A stretch of 43,864 bases of DNA, taken from the IMG/VR virus record IMGVR_UViG_2698536620_000007. One strand, 5' to 3'. The position numbers were made by a program, and so were the translations under genes. The notes under the pieces were generated by a model that was not told the origin of the DNA, searched no databases, and saw only the letters and a program-made list of their open reading frames with translations. The stretch comes from a virus (lineage: Duplodnaviria; Heunggongvirae; Uroviricota; Caudoviricetes). This document shows, piece after piece, positions 9,058 through 18,223 of this stretch (the stretch's first letter is position 1; every line of letters starts with the position of its first letter).

Positions 9058-9345
9058 ATGGAAAAAGAAATCAAATTTGCGCCTAAATCTATCGACGAAG
9101 AACTGGCTAAAATCGGCATGCTTGAACGTATGCGGGACATTATCGAATATGCGATAAAAGAAAATCTTGCAGCCAGAGAAGCCCTTTTGATAATGGAGCG
9201 GGAGATTAACCTGATTAAGGATGCTGTATCTCTGGATAATAAAATAGCCCGCGAGGAATACGTTCGCCGTAGGCTCGGTGTTGATGGTTCAGCAATTCTT
9301 ACATCTGAACATTATGCAAAAATTTTTAATCTTTTTCAGCGGTAA
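9058..9345 (+). CDS. Hypothetical early protein
   Basis: ATG at 9058 overlapping the upstream stop; 95 aa, predicted helical. Confidence 0.45.
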   Translation: MEKEIKFAPKSIDEELAKIGMLERMRDIIEYAIKENLAAREALLIMEREINLIKDAVSLDNKIAREEYVRRRLGVDGSAILTSEHYAKIFNLFQR

Positions 9346-9565
9346 TCCCCATACAGGCCCGGAGATTGTCGAAATGCCAGTCGGTATTAATATATGAGCC
9401 ATCCTGGATATCTTCTGCATTTTCCGGGGTAGAGTTTTTTTGAGCGAGATTGATAATATGTATTGCCTCCTCACGGGAAATCAGCCCCTTATCGAACAGG
9501 GTTACCATAAGATTTCCAGCCATTGTGAATGCGGCAACATCAAGTGCATTTTTTATATCTGACAT
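9326..9565 (-). CDS. Reverse-oriented small protein inside the early region (moron-like)
   Basis: 79-aa minus-strand ORF, convergent with the 9058..9345 gene; the only minus-strand gene in the early operon. Confidence 0.4.
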   Translation of the reverse strand: MSDIKNALDVAAFTMAGNLMVTLFDKGLISREEAIHIINLAQKNSTPENAEDIQDGSYINTDWHFDNLRACMGITAEKD

Positions 9566-9593
9566 AGATTTTTCCTTTTATGTTAATTGACAT

Positions 9594-9621
9594 GGCGGTG
9601 CGGTAACACCGCCCATTTTTT
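9594..9621 (+). terminator. Intrinsic terminator-like hairpin with T tract
   Basis: GGCGGTG-CGGTAA-CACCGCC followed by CATTTTTTAT, immediately upstream of the gp16/GemA start. Confidence 0.45.
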
Positions 9622-9635
9622 ATGGAGCCACGATA

Positions 9636-10148
9636 ATGAATCGCGCTTCCCTGATTACCTTAATACATGTCGCAAAACGCGATCTACAGCTTGACCATGA
9701 TACCTATACATCCGCGCTGCTGGCAGCCACCGGCAAATCCAGTTGCCGTGATATGTCACCCGGTGAGTTATCCCGCGTGCTGGATGTTTTCAAAAAACGC
9801 GGTTTTAAAGTGCGTCAGAAGCCGGTTAACCGGGCCTTAAAACCGGGTACGGTGACCGCCAAAATTCGCGCCATCTGGAAAGTGATGCACCGGCAGGGAT
9901 TTATCTCTGATGGCGGGGAAACGGCCCTTAACCGCTGGGTGAAATCGCAGACGGCCGCGCAGAACGACGGCGAAGGTGTGGCTAACTGGCAGTGGCTGGA
10001 GCAACAACCCGCGCTGGCCTCTGATGTGCTGGAGCGTCTCAAACGCTGGCACCGCCGCAAAATGCTGGCAGCCCTGGATATGTCGGAACGTGCAGTGATG
10101 AGTTATGAGCGTGTTTGCAGGCTGTATGAAAAATCATTCCCCCGTTAA
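9636..10148 (+). CDS. Mu gp16/GemA-like protein
   Basis: 170 aa at the position of Mu gemA just before the Mor/C-family gene. Confidence 0.65.
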   Translation: MNRASLITLIHVAKRDLQLDHDTYTSALLAATGKSSCRDMSPGELSRVLDVFKKRGFKVRQKPVNRALKPGTVTAKIRAIWKVMHRQGFISDGGETALNRWVKSQTAAQNDGEGVANWQWLEQQPALASDVLERLKRWHRRKMLAALDMSERAVMSYERVCRLYEKSFPR

Positions 10149-10152
10149 CCCC

Positions 10153-10184
10153 AAATCCCGCCACAGCGCGGGATTTTTATTTTA
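10153..10184 (+). terminator. Rho-independent terminator after the early operon
   Basis: AAATCCCGC-loop-GCGGGATTT followed by TTATTTT. Confidence 0.6.
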
Positions 10185-10218
10185 AACTTGCCCTGTGTAA
10201 TGATGACCGGAGGCGGGT

Positions 10219-10641
10219 ATGGCTGAAACACAGATGAGCATGTTTGGTGACAGCGAACAGCTGCACGCGCTGATTGACCGTCTGGATGATATTCCTGATG
10301 ATGAGCTGAAAAAGAACTGGCCCGGCACGCTGCGGGACCTGGTTGATGTGATCAGTGCTGAACTGCACCGTCAGGGGATTGAACCTGCTCAGGCGGGAAT
10401 GCTTGCCCGTAAGGTTGCAGCCGCACAGGCCGGGTACATGGGCGGGCGTGGTTATTATCTCCCGGTCGGTGAATCCCTTTTCACCGAACTGCGCAATAAT
10501 GAAATTTTTTCCCGCTGGAGCCAGGGCGAAAAAATTGAAACCCTGCGCCGCCACTACCAGATGTCAGAGACGCAGATTTACTCCGTTATCCGCAACCAGC
10601 GTCGCCTGCATCAGGAACGCACGCAGCCACGGCTTTTCTGA
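10219..10641 (+). CDS. Mor/C-family transcriptional activator
   Basis: 140 aa with the Mor/C C-terminal pattern (GG..YLP.G......R...IF..W..G......R.Y..S...IY.VIR..RR); good RBS GGAGG. Confidence 0.75.
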   Translation: MAETQMSMFGDSEQLHALIDRLDDIPDDELKKNWPGTLRDLVDVISAELHRQGIEPAQAGMLARKVAAAQAGYMGGRGYYLPVGESLFTELRNNEIFSRWSQGEKIETLRRHYQMSETQIYSVIRNQRRLHQERTQPRLF

Positions 10642-10712
10642 TATTCCGCAAATCCTGCCCCCTTTTCCTCACGGTTACGCTGACTCAGAGAACACCATGA
10701 GACAGCGTAACA

Positions 10713-11213
10713 ATGCCAAAACTCCCCGCACCCCTGCGTAAAAAGCTGATTGCCCTTGTTCTGGCCGGAGCCGGGACGTTCACCATTGCCACGCACTACA
10801 CCGGCTACTGGGAAGGGAAAGAAAACACCACGTACATTGATCCCACCGGCACCCCCACCATCTGTTACGGCCATACCGGCCCGGATGTGAAACCGGGGAT
10901 GACAAAAACTGATGAAGAGTGTCTGGAGCTGCTGGAAAAGGACATGAAATGGGCCTTTGCGGCTATCGATCGTCATGTTCAGGTGCCGCTTACCCGTGGT
11001 CAGACGGTGGCGCTGGCCTCCTGGATTTTCTGGGCCGGTGAAACGAACTTTCGCAACTCCACGCTCCTGCGCCTTATCAATGCCGGGCAGATGCCCGCGT
11101 CCTGTAAGCAGTATATCCGCTGGATTTATTCAAAGGGGGTAAAACTCCCCGGTCTTGAGGCCCGCCGTTCGGCGGATGAATGGTTATGTCGTTACGATTT
11201 GCCGAAAGTCTGA
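10713..11213 (+). CDS. SAR endolysin (GH24 lysozyme with N-terminal signal-anchor-release domain)
   Basis: N-terminal weakly hydrophobic LIALVLAGAGTFTIA, then catalytic E-x8-D-x5-T (EGKENTTYIDPTGTPT) typical of T4-type lysozymes. Confidence 0.8.
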   Translation: MPKLPAPLRKKLIALVLAGAGTFTIATHYTGYWEGKENTTYIDPTGTPTICYGHTGPDVKPGMTKTDEECLELLEKDMKWAFAAIDRHVQVPLTRGQTVALASWIFWAGETNFRNSTLLRLINAGQMPASCKQYIRWIYSKGVKLPGLEARRSADEWLCRYDLPKV

Positions 11214-11286
11214 ACCGCTTCTGGCGACCGCTCATGATTGCGCTGCTGTGTGCCGTTGTGCTGCTGCGGGGTGTGCTGTGTCTGCG

Positions 11287-11676
11287 GTGAACAATCCCTT
11301 ACCGGCCCTGATTGCCGGAGGCTGTATGGCGGCGCTGGGGGTGATGAGCGTGCTGGCTGCCGTGGTATGGGGAATGCACCAGAAGACGCAGCGCCTTGAG
11401 GACAATAATCATGTGCTTGTGCGTGAACGGGACGAAGCCCGTCTGGTGCTGGCAAACCAGCAACGCACCCTGCAACTCATTTCACAAATCAGCAAGGCGG
11501 CCACGAATGAAAAACAGCAGAACATGCAGCACAGCGAGGAACAGCAGAGCATTGTCCGCCGGTCACTGGCAACGGTGCCTGCTGCCGCTGTGCCTGTGCC
11601 TGATGATGTGGCTGACCGGGTGCGGCGGGCCGTCTGTGAAATACGTGCCGGTGAAGCCGGTGCCGATCCCCGCTGA
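11287..11676 (+). CDS. i-spanin (Rz-like), start uncertain
   Basis: N-terminal TM segment (LPALIAGGCMAALGVMSVLAAVVWG) then a charged coiled-coil region; follows the endolysin. Confidence 0.55.
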   Translation: MNNPLPALIAGGCMAALGVMSVLAAVVWGMHQKTQRLEDNNHVLVRERDEARLVLANQQRTLQLISQISKAATNEKQQNMQHSEEQQSIVRRSLATVPAAAVPVPDDVADRVRRAVCEIRAGEAGADPR

Positions 11677-11878
11677 ATGGCTGGCTGACTGCCTGGTCCC
11701 TCCCGCGCCGCAGCCGTTCACGTTTGGTGCATCGGTCACTTACAACCTGCAACTGCTGGCGGTGATTAAAAACTGCAACGTGGACAAGGCCAGCATCCGC
11801 CGTCTGGAGACACAGCGACAGCATGAATTTACTGATATGGCCGGAACGACTGCTGTTCCGGCAGGAAAGACGAAGTAA
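11507..11878 (+). CDS. o-spanin (Rz1-like lipoprotein), start uncertain
   Basis: Lipobox LTGC in the +1 frame overlapping the i-spanin 3' region, followed by a proline-rich segment. Confidence 0.5.
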   Translation: MKNSRTCSTARNSRALSAGHWQRCLLPLCLCLMMWLTGCGGPSVKYVPVKPVPIPAEWLADCLVPPAPQPFTFGASVTYNLQLLAVIKNCNVDKASIRRLETQRQHEFTDMAGTTAVPAGKTK

Positions 11879-11888
11879 GGAAAAAGGT

Positions 11889-12116
11889 ATGGATGATTCA
11901 GATTGTGCTCAGGCAGTCATGGAGCGTGCAACAGAACGCGCCCTTTGTGACCGGCTGACACGTAAGCGCCGGGTGGCGGAGACACCGGGCAGGCGTGTAT
12001 GCGCGGACTGCGGGGGTGACATTCCGGCTGCCCGTCTGGTTGCCGTGCCGGATGCCATCCGTTGTGTGAACTGCCAGAACATCATGGAGGCCGGTCATGT
12101 GGGTCAGCATCGTTAA
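11889..12116 (+). CDS. TraR/DksA-family C4 zinc-finger protein
   Basis: CADCGGDIP...CVNCQ paired CxxC motifs; ATG at 11889 with an upstream AAGGAAAAAGG RBS. Confidence 0.65.
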   Translation: MDDSDCAQAVMERATERALCDRLTRKRRVAETPGRRVCADCGGDIPAARLVAVPDAIRCVNCQNIMEAGHVGQHR

Positions 12117-12408
12117 AGATTATGTCGTGCCGATCCTGTCGGCAACGGCCACAGCCGGGGGGATCTTCATGGCGCTGATGCGCAAAACCTTTGTCCCCCG
12201 CGAGGCCTTTGAAAAACTCTCCGACCGGGTTGAGCGGGTGGAGAGCCGGATTTCCGGCCTGCCCACGCAGCAGGAGGTGAACAGACTCAATATCGAAATC
12301 ACCACCCTGCGCGGTGAGCTTAAGGCCACCAATGCCACCCTGAAATCCGTCTCCCATCAGAACGAACTGCTGCTGGAGCAGGCTGTAAGGAAAAAACACA
12401 ATGAGTGA
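12097..12408 (+). CDS. Small membrane protein (Mu gp25 position)
   Basis: One N-terminal TM helix, C-terminal coiled coil; sits between the lysis genes and the terminase region. Confidence 0.45.
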   Translation: MWVSIVKDYVVPILSATATAGGIFMALMRKTFVPREAFEKLSDRVERVESRISGLPTQQEVNRLNIEITTLRGELKATNATLKSVSHQNELLLEQAVRKKHNE

Positions 12409-12691
12409 TTTCATTACTGAAGATCAGCGTCTTGTCATTCTGCGGTCGCTGGCGGATTACAACGGCGAACTGGGCGAATCCGTGCTTCAGGACTGCCTGG
12501 ATGATTACGGTCACCGCGTGTCCCGCGACACCGTTCATACCCACATTGCCTGGCTTGCCGAGCAGGGACTGGTGCGTAAGCGCACGCTTGTTAACGGTTA
12601 TTTCATCGCTGAACTGACCGGCCGGGGTCAGGATGTGGCGGAAGGCCGCGCCACCGTTCCGGGTGTGAAGAAACCACGCGCAAGGGGGTAA
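12401..12691 (+). CDS. Mu gp26-like protein
   Basis: 96-aa ORF, position upstream of the terminase genes. Confidence 0.45.
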   Translation: MSDFITEDQRLVILRSLADYNGELGESVLQDCLDDYGHRVSRDTVHTHIAWLAEQGLVRKRTLVNGYFIAELTGRGQDVAEGRATVPGVKKPRARG

Positions 12692-12693
12692 CG

Positions 12694-13275
12694 ATGGATA
12701 AGCCAGCGCGTGGCCGTGTACGCAAGGTGGATTTGCTCCCCGACAGCATCCGTAAGCCGCTGCTGGAAATGCTGCGTGAAAAACGTCTGACGCAGGTCCA
12801 GATCCGCGAGGAAATCAACCGTCTGATCCGTGAAGCAGGTCTGCCGGAAGAGCAGCAGCTCTCACCGGCGGCCATCAGCCGGGAAGCCTCCCGTAATGAG
12901 CTGATTGCCCGTAATCTGCGTGATTTACGCGAGCAGACAAAAGCCATGATGGCCGAACTGGGGGATAAGCCGACCGGTGAAACCACGGCACTGATTCTGG
13001 AGATGTCCCGTGCCCTGATGTACCGCCGTCTGCGTGCCGCCACCGAATCCCTGAACAGCGACAGCGATGTGGATATGCGCCTTATTAAGGACATCCTCCT
13101 GTCGGCACAGCGTGCAGAAAGTGCCGCCGAGCGCAGCATTAAGCGTGAAAAAGAAATCCGGGCCGCATTTGCTGAAGAGATGGCGAATGCGGTCACCGAT
13201 GAGTTGCGCGGCGTGGATGGCATGAGCGAGCAGATCGAATTCCGTATCAGGCAGATGCTGCTGGGTAAGGCGTAG
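12694..13275 (+). CDS. Mu gp27-like protein (putative small terminase subunit)
   Basis: 193 aa immediately upstream of the large terminase. Confidence 0.55.
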   Translation: MDKPARGRVRKVDLLPDSIRKPLLEMLREKRLTQVQIREEINRLIREAGLPEEQQLSPAAISREASRNELIARNLRDLREQTKAMMAELGDKPTGETTALILEMSRALMYRRLRAATESLNSDSDVDMRLIKDILLSAQRAESAAERSIKREKEIRAAFAEEMANAVTDELRGVDGMSEQIEFRIRQMLLGKA

Positions 13276-13285
13276 GAGGTGAATC

Positions 13286-13534
13286 ATGGCAACAGATAAC
13301 CGCTCACTGATGAGCAGTGCCCATCAGAAAGCATTCAGTCTTGCAACACAGTTACCTCCTGAAACCATAAAGGTATGTCGTGAGTTGACTGAACTCAGCA
13401 TTGCCGGGGAAATATCCCTGGAACAACTGCATTCGCTGCTGGCAGAGGCTGCCACTGATGAGTTGAGCGGCGTGGACGTGATGACTGAAGAGCTTGAGTC
13501 CCGAATCAAAAGCATTCTGACAGGTAAAGCATGA
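13286..13534 (+). CDS. Small protein sharing its C-terminus with gp27-like
   Basis: 82 aa; ...TDELSGVDVMTEELESRIKSILTGKA parallels gp27 ...TDELRGVDGMSEQIEFRIRQMLLGKA. Confidence 0.45.
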   Translation: MATDNRSLMSSAHQKAFSLATQLPPETIKVCRELTELSIAGEISLEQLHSLLAEAATDELSGVDVMTEELESRIKSILTGKA

Positions 13535-15198
13535 TGAACAAAGCCAGAGAAACGTCGCCTTCACTGATGCAAATGACGCCTCCCCGCAAAATTGATCTGT
13601 CAGGTGAAAAAGCCCTGCTGGGCGTGGATGTGCCGGACAGCCTTGATTTGCCCGGTGATATGCCGGTGTTTCTGGATTATCAGGCCCGCTGGTTTGCAGA
13701 TGAAAGTCAGGTCTGCATCGCGGAGAAATCCCGCCGCACCGGTCTTACCTGGGCGGAAGCCGGGCGTAACGTCATTACTGCTGCAAAACCGAAGCGTCGT
13801 GGTGGCCGCAATGTGTTTTATGTGGGATCAAAGCAGGAGATGGCGCTGGAATATATTTCTGCCTGCGCGCTGTTCTCCCGTGCCTTTAACCAGCTGGCAG
13901 ATGCTGATGTGTATGAGCAGACATTCTGGGATCGGGATAAAAAAGAAGAAATTTTGACCTACATGATCCGCTTTCCGAACAGTGGATTCAAAATTCAGGC
14001 ATTGTCTTCCCGTCCGTCAAACCTGCGCGGCCTTCAGGGGGATGTGGTGATTGATGAAGCCGCGTTCCACGAGTCACTGGATGAGCTTCTCAAGGCGGCA
14101 ATGGCGCTCACTATGTGGGGCGCGCGCGTGCGTATTATCTCCACGCATAACGGCGTCGATAATCTGTTTAATCAGTACATTCAGGAAGCCCGCGAGGGGC
14201 GCAAGGATTACAGCGTCCACCGCATAACCCTGGATGATGCCATTGCGGACGGGCTGTACCGTCGTATCTGTTACGTCACCGATCAGGAATGGTCACCGGA
14301 AAGCGAGCAGAAATGGCGTGATGATCTCTACAAAAACGCCCCGACCCGTGAGGATGCCGACGAGGAATACGGCTGTATCCCGAAAAAATCCGGCGGTGCC
14401 TATATCCCCCACGCGCTTATTGAAATGGCGATGATCCGCGACATCCCGATTCTGACGTTTGAAGCCCCGGACAACTTCATCAGCCGTGCCGCATGGCTGC
14501 GTGAATCGGAAGTTTTAACCTGGTGTGAAGAACATTTAAAACCGCTTTTAGAGAAATTAAATCCCCGTTCCCGCTTCAGCTTCGGGGAAGACTTTGCCCG
14601 CACCGGTGACCTGTCCTGCTTTGTGCTGCTGGAAATCACCGAATCCCTGGCAAAGCGCGAGGTGTTTCGCGTGGAGCTGCGCAACCTGCCGTATGCCCAG
14701 CAGGAACAGGTGATGATGTACATCCTGACCCGCGTTCCGGCGCTGGTCGGTGCGGCGTTCGACGCCACCGGTAACGGCGGCTATCTGGCAGAGGCCGCAC
14801 TGCTGGCCTTTGGCCCGGACATCATCGACTGCGTGATGTTGTCGCCGAAGTGGTACGGCGAGTGGATGCCAAAACTGAAAGCCGAGTTTGAAGATCAGAA
14901 TATCCTCGTCGCCCGCCATCAGACCACGCTTGATGATTTGCGCCATGTGAAGGTAGTGAATGGTATCCCGCAAATCGACAAGGGGCGCACGAAGGACCAG
15001 AACGCAACGGCTGCGAACGCCCGCCGCCATGGTGATTTTGCCGTGGCGCTCTGTATGGCAAACCGGGCGTCATACATGGAGGGCTTCATCCTGGATGAAT
15101 CAGCCTGTCAGGCGCTACAGGAGCGGTCGCGGGCAATGGAGGGCGGTTATCGTGATGACGATGAGGCATATCATGAATTTGATCGGGGGGGCTGGTAG
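13531..15198 (+). CDS. Terminase large subunit (Mu gp28-like)
   Basis: 555 aa, position before the portal gene. Confidence 0.8.
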   Translation: MMNKARETSPSLMQMTPPRKIDLSGEKALLGVDVPDSLDLPGDMPVFLDYQARWFADESQVCIAEKSRRTGLTWAEAGRNVITAAKPKRRGGRNVFYVGSKQEMALEYISACALFSRAFNQLADADVYEQTFWDRDKKEEILTYMIRFPNSGFKIQALSSRPSNLRGLQGDVVIDEAAFHESLDELLKAAMALTMWGARVRIISTHNGVDNLFNQYIQEAREGRKDYSVHRITLDDAIADGLYRRICYVTDQEWSPESEQKWRDDLYKNAPTREDADEEYGCIPKKSGGAYIPHALIEMAMIRDIPILTFEAPDNFISRAAWLRESEVLTWCEEHLKPLLEKLNPRSRFSFGEDFARTGDLSCFVLLEITESLAKREVFRVELRNLPYAQQEQVMMYILTRVPALVGAAFDATGNGGYLAEAALLAFGPDIIDCVMLSPKWYGEWMPKLKAEFEDQNILVARHQTTLDDLRHVKVVNGIPQIDKGRTKDQNATAANARRHGDFAVALCMANRASYMEGFILDESACQALQERSRAMEGGYRDDDEAYHEFDRGGW

Positions 15199-16787
15199 TG
15201 GGACGCATCATTGATACTGACGGAAAACCTTTCTCCTTTGACCCGGAGATGCAGAGTGCCGCGCTGGATATTCCGCAGATTGCCAGCCGTTATATTGAAC
15301 ATCCGGCTTCGGGTATCACCCCGAACCGGGCGGCGCAGTGCCTTCGCGGGGCTGAACGTGGCGATCTGATTGCCCAGTCCGATCTGGCCGCTGATATTGA
15401 AGAAAAGGACACCCACCTTTTTGCGGAGCTGGGCAAGCGACGTCTTGCCATTCAGGGGGTGCCATGGAGTATTGAGCCGCCACCGAACGCCAGCGCGAAT
15501 GAGAAAAAGGACGCGGAAATGCTCGACGAATATCTGCATTCCGCAGACTGGTTTGATGCCATGCTGTTTGACGCCACGGATGCCATCCTGAAGGGCTATT
15601 CCTGCATGGAAATTGAGCACGGGATGCTCGGTAAAATGCACATCATCCGCGCCATCCGCTGGCGTGACAGCGGGCATTTCTGCCTTAACCCGGATGATTT
15701 GAGCGAACTGCGGCTGCGTGACGGCAGCCATGCCGGGGTGGCGTTTCAGCCCTTTGGCTGGATAGTGCATCAGTCGCGTTCACGCACCGGCTACGGTGGT
15801 GCGACGGGGCTTGTCAGAACGCTTATCTGGCCGTTCATTTTCAAAAACTATTCCGTGCGCGATCTGGCGGAATTTCTGGAGGTGTACGGCCTGCCAATGA
15901 AGGTCGGGAAATACCCGTCCGGGGCAACACCGGAGCAGAAAAGTGCCCTGATGCGGGCGGTGATGGATATCGGGCGACGTACAGGCGGGATCATCCCGGC
16001 CGGGATGTCGCTGGAGTTTCAGGCGGCAGCGAACGGTCAGGCCGATCCGTTTGAAACCATGATTTCGTGGGGTGAGCGTTCCATCTCCAAAGCAATACTC
16101 GGCGGCACGCTGACCACAGAAGCCGGAGACAAAGGCGCGCGCTCGCTGGGTGAGGTGCATAACGAGGTGCGCCGGGAAATCAGGGATTCTGATTTACGCC
16201 AGCTGGCTGCAACCCTGAACCGCGATCTGGTGTATCCGCTGTATGCCCTGAACACCGCCCACGCCATTGATATCCGTCGCCTGCCGCGTATCTGTTTCCA
16301 GACCAAAGAACCGGGGGATATCACCAAAATAGCCAGTGCGGTGATGCAACTCAGTGCGGGGATGGATATTCCTGATCCCTGGGTACGGGATCAGACCGGT
16401 ATTCCACAGCCCACGCCCGGTGAAGCCATATTCCGTGTCCGTCAGAGCAGTAATGAACCGGCCATGCCTGACAGGGAAACGCTACCGGAAAAACAGGAAA
16501 AGACAGAACAGACGGCGCTTTCAGCCCGACTGCCGGAAGCGAAAAACACGCCGCGTGATGAACTGGACGACATGGGGGACGCGGTGCCTGCCCGCCGCTT
16601 ACAGGAGGCCATCGATCCGGTGCTGGAGCCGGTCATTGATGTCATCAGAACGCGGGGGCTGGCGGAGGCACTGGCAGACCTGCCTGCCCTTTACCGTGAA
16701 ATGGATGATTCCCGCCTGATGACGCTGCTCAGTGATGCCATGTTTGCTGCGGAAATGAAGGGGATGCTGGATGGCTCAGGGGATTGA
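15198..16787 (+). CDS. Portal protein (Mu gp29-like)
   Basis: 529 aa following the terminase. Confidence 0.8.
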   Translation: MGRIIDTDGKPFSFDPEMQSAALDIPQIASRYIEHPASGITPNRAAQCLRGAERGDLIAQSDLAADIEEKDTHLFAELGKRRLAIQGVPWSIEPPPNASANEKKDAEMLDEYLHSADWFDAMLFDATDAILKGYSCMEIEHGMLGKMHIIRAIRWRDSGHFCLNPDDLSELRLRDGSHAGVAFQPFGWIVHQSRSRTGYGGATGLVRTLIWPFIFKNYSVRDLAEFLEVYGLPMKVGKYPSGATPEQKSALMRAVMDIGRRTGGIIPAGMSLEFQAAANGQADPFETMISWGERSISKAILGGTLTTEAGDKGARSLGEVHNEVRREIRDSDLRQLAATLNRDLVYPLYALNTAHAIDIRRLPRICFQTKEPGDITKIASAVMQLSAGMDIPDPWVRDQTGIPQPTPGEAIFRVRQSSNEPAMPDRETLPEKQEKTEQTALSARLPEAKNTPRDELDDMGDAVPARRLQEAIDPVLEPVIDVIRTRGLAEALADLPALYREMDDSRLMTLLSDAMFAAEMKGMLDGSGD

Positions 16788-18102
16788 TTTAGGTTATGCC
16801 GCCACGCTTCCCTCAAAAGAGACGGTGGCATACTTCCGCGCCAAAGGGGCGCATATCAGCTGGAACTGGTTCGAAACAGACGCGGATGTTCATGCCCGCT
16901 CATTCACGGCAGCAAAAACGGCACGGCTGGATGTGGTAACCACATTACAGGCCGAAGTGCAGCGGGCCATTGATGAGGGGATTTCACAGAAAGAATTTAT
17001 CCGCACACTGACGCCACGCCTGCAAAAGCTGGGATGGTGGGGAAAGCAGATTGTGGTGGACAGCGACGGTAACGCGGAAGAAGTGCAGCAGGGCAGTCCC
17101 CGTCGTCTGGCGCTGATTTACAACGTGAACACCCGTGTGGCTTACAATGCCGGGCGTTACACGCAGATGATGAACAACACGGACACGCATCCGTTCTGGC
17201 AGTATGTGGCGGTCATGGACAGCCGTACCCGCCCGTCGCATTCCGCCCTTAACGGTCTGGTATTCCGCTATGACGATCCGTTCTGGAAAACACACTACCC
17301 GCCCAATGGCTGGAACTGCCGCTGCCGTGTGCGGCCATTGTCTCAGGCCCGTCTGGATGCAATGGGGTTATCCGTTTCATCCGGTGAGGATCATCTCTCC
17401 ACCCGCAATGTTGAGGCTGGCGTGGATAAACAGACCGGAGAAGTCAGAGAAATGCCGGTGACCACATATTCAGATGGCGCCAGAACCATGACACCGGATG
17501 TGGGCTGGTCATATAACCCCGGCTCGGCAGCGTTCGGCACAGACCAGGCGCTGATCCGCAAACTGATCGAGGTGAAAAGCCCGGCGTTACGGGAAATGGT
17601 GGTTCAGGAGATGAACAACAGCCCGGAGCGGCAGCTGGCGTTCCGCATCTGGGCAAAAAACATCATGCAGACCCGGCGAGGTGGTAACGATATCCGCACG
17701 CTGGGCTTTATGACTGAAAGCATTGCGCAGGCAGTGGAAAGCCGGACGGGAACGCCACCGGCCCGCCTGCTGGCGATGAGCGGTAAAAATGTGCTCCATG
17801 CGGACAGTGTGAAACATCAGAATGACGGCATCGCTCTGACGCCGGAGGACTTCGGGCGCTTACCGGCAATGCTGGCAAGGCCAAAAGCGGTACTGTGGGA
17901 CAAACGGCACAACAATCTGATGTATATCGTGGAAAATCAGGATGGCAGTGTGCAGATTGCCGTTAATGCACCGTACAGTCTGAAACGTCAGCCCGACAAA
18001 CTGGATGTGATTGTGAATGCTTACCGGGTTATCAATATGGATAAGCTGAAATCGGATATCCGGGGCGGAATGCTTGAGGTGCTGGAAGGACAAATTGATT
18101 AA
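16771..18102 (+). CDS. Head morphogenesis protein (Mu F/gp30-like)
   Basis: 443 aa after the portal. Confidence 0.75.
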   Translation: MAQGIDLGYAATLPSKETVAYFRAKGAHISWNWFETDADVHARSFTAAKTARLDVVTTLQAEVQRAIDEGISQKEFIRTLTPRLQKLGWWGKQIVVDSDGNAEEVQQGSPRRLALIYNVNTRVAYNAGRYTQMMNNTDTHPFWQYVAVMDSRTRPSHSALNGLVFRYDDPFWKTHYPPNGWNCRCRVRPLSQARLDAMGLSVSSGEDHLSTRNVEAGVDKQTGEVREMPVTTYSDGARTMTPDVGWSYNPGSAAFGTDQALIRKLIEVKSPALREMVVQEMNNSPERQLAFRIWAKNIMQTRRGGNDIRTLGFMTESIAQAVESRTGTPPARLLAMSGKNVLHADSVKHQNDGIALTPEDFGRLPAMLARPKAVLWDKRHNNLMYIVENQDGSVQIAVNAPYSLKRQPDKLDVIVNAYRVINMDKLKSDIRGGMLEVLEGQID

Positions 18103-18223
18103 CGGTCAGTGGCGGGGGTCGAACCCGCATACATGATCCACCCGGAGGCAGGCACCGACTTTACCAGTTAAGCGTACACTGACCGCCTGTTTATTTTATA
18201 TTCATCCTTTATGCGGAGGCAAT

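Noticed and set aside
12603-13223. 206-aa minus-strand ORF rich in Ser/Arg
   Set aside because: Entirely antisense to the gp27-like gene in a well-supported operon; its composition is typical of a shadow ORF opposite GC-rich coding sequence.
13592-13957. 121-aa plus-strand ORF in an alternate frame of the large terminase gene
   Set aside because: Fully overlaps the terminase coding frame; Cys/Arg/Trp-rich composition suggests a chance open frame.
18104-18183. Calling the element a bona fide tRNA gene
   Set aside because: Only the acceptor stem and T-arm fold convincingly; no anticodon arm or D-arm could be built by eye. Reported as a finding, not as an RNA gene.
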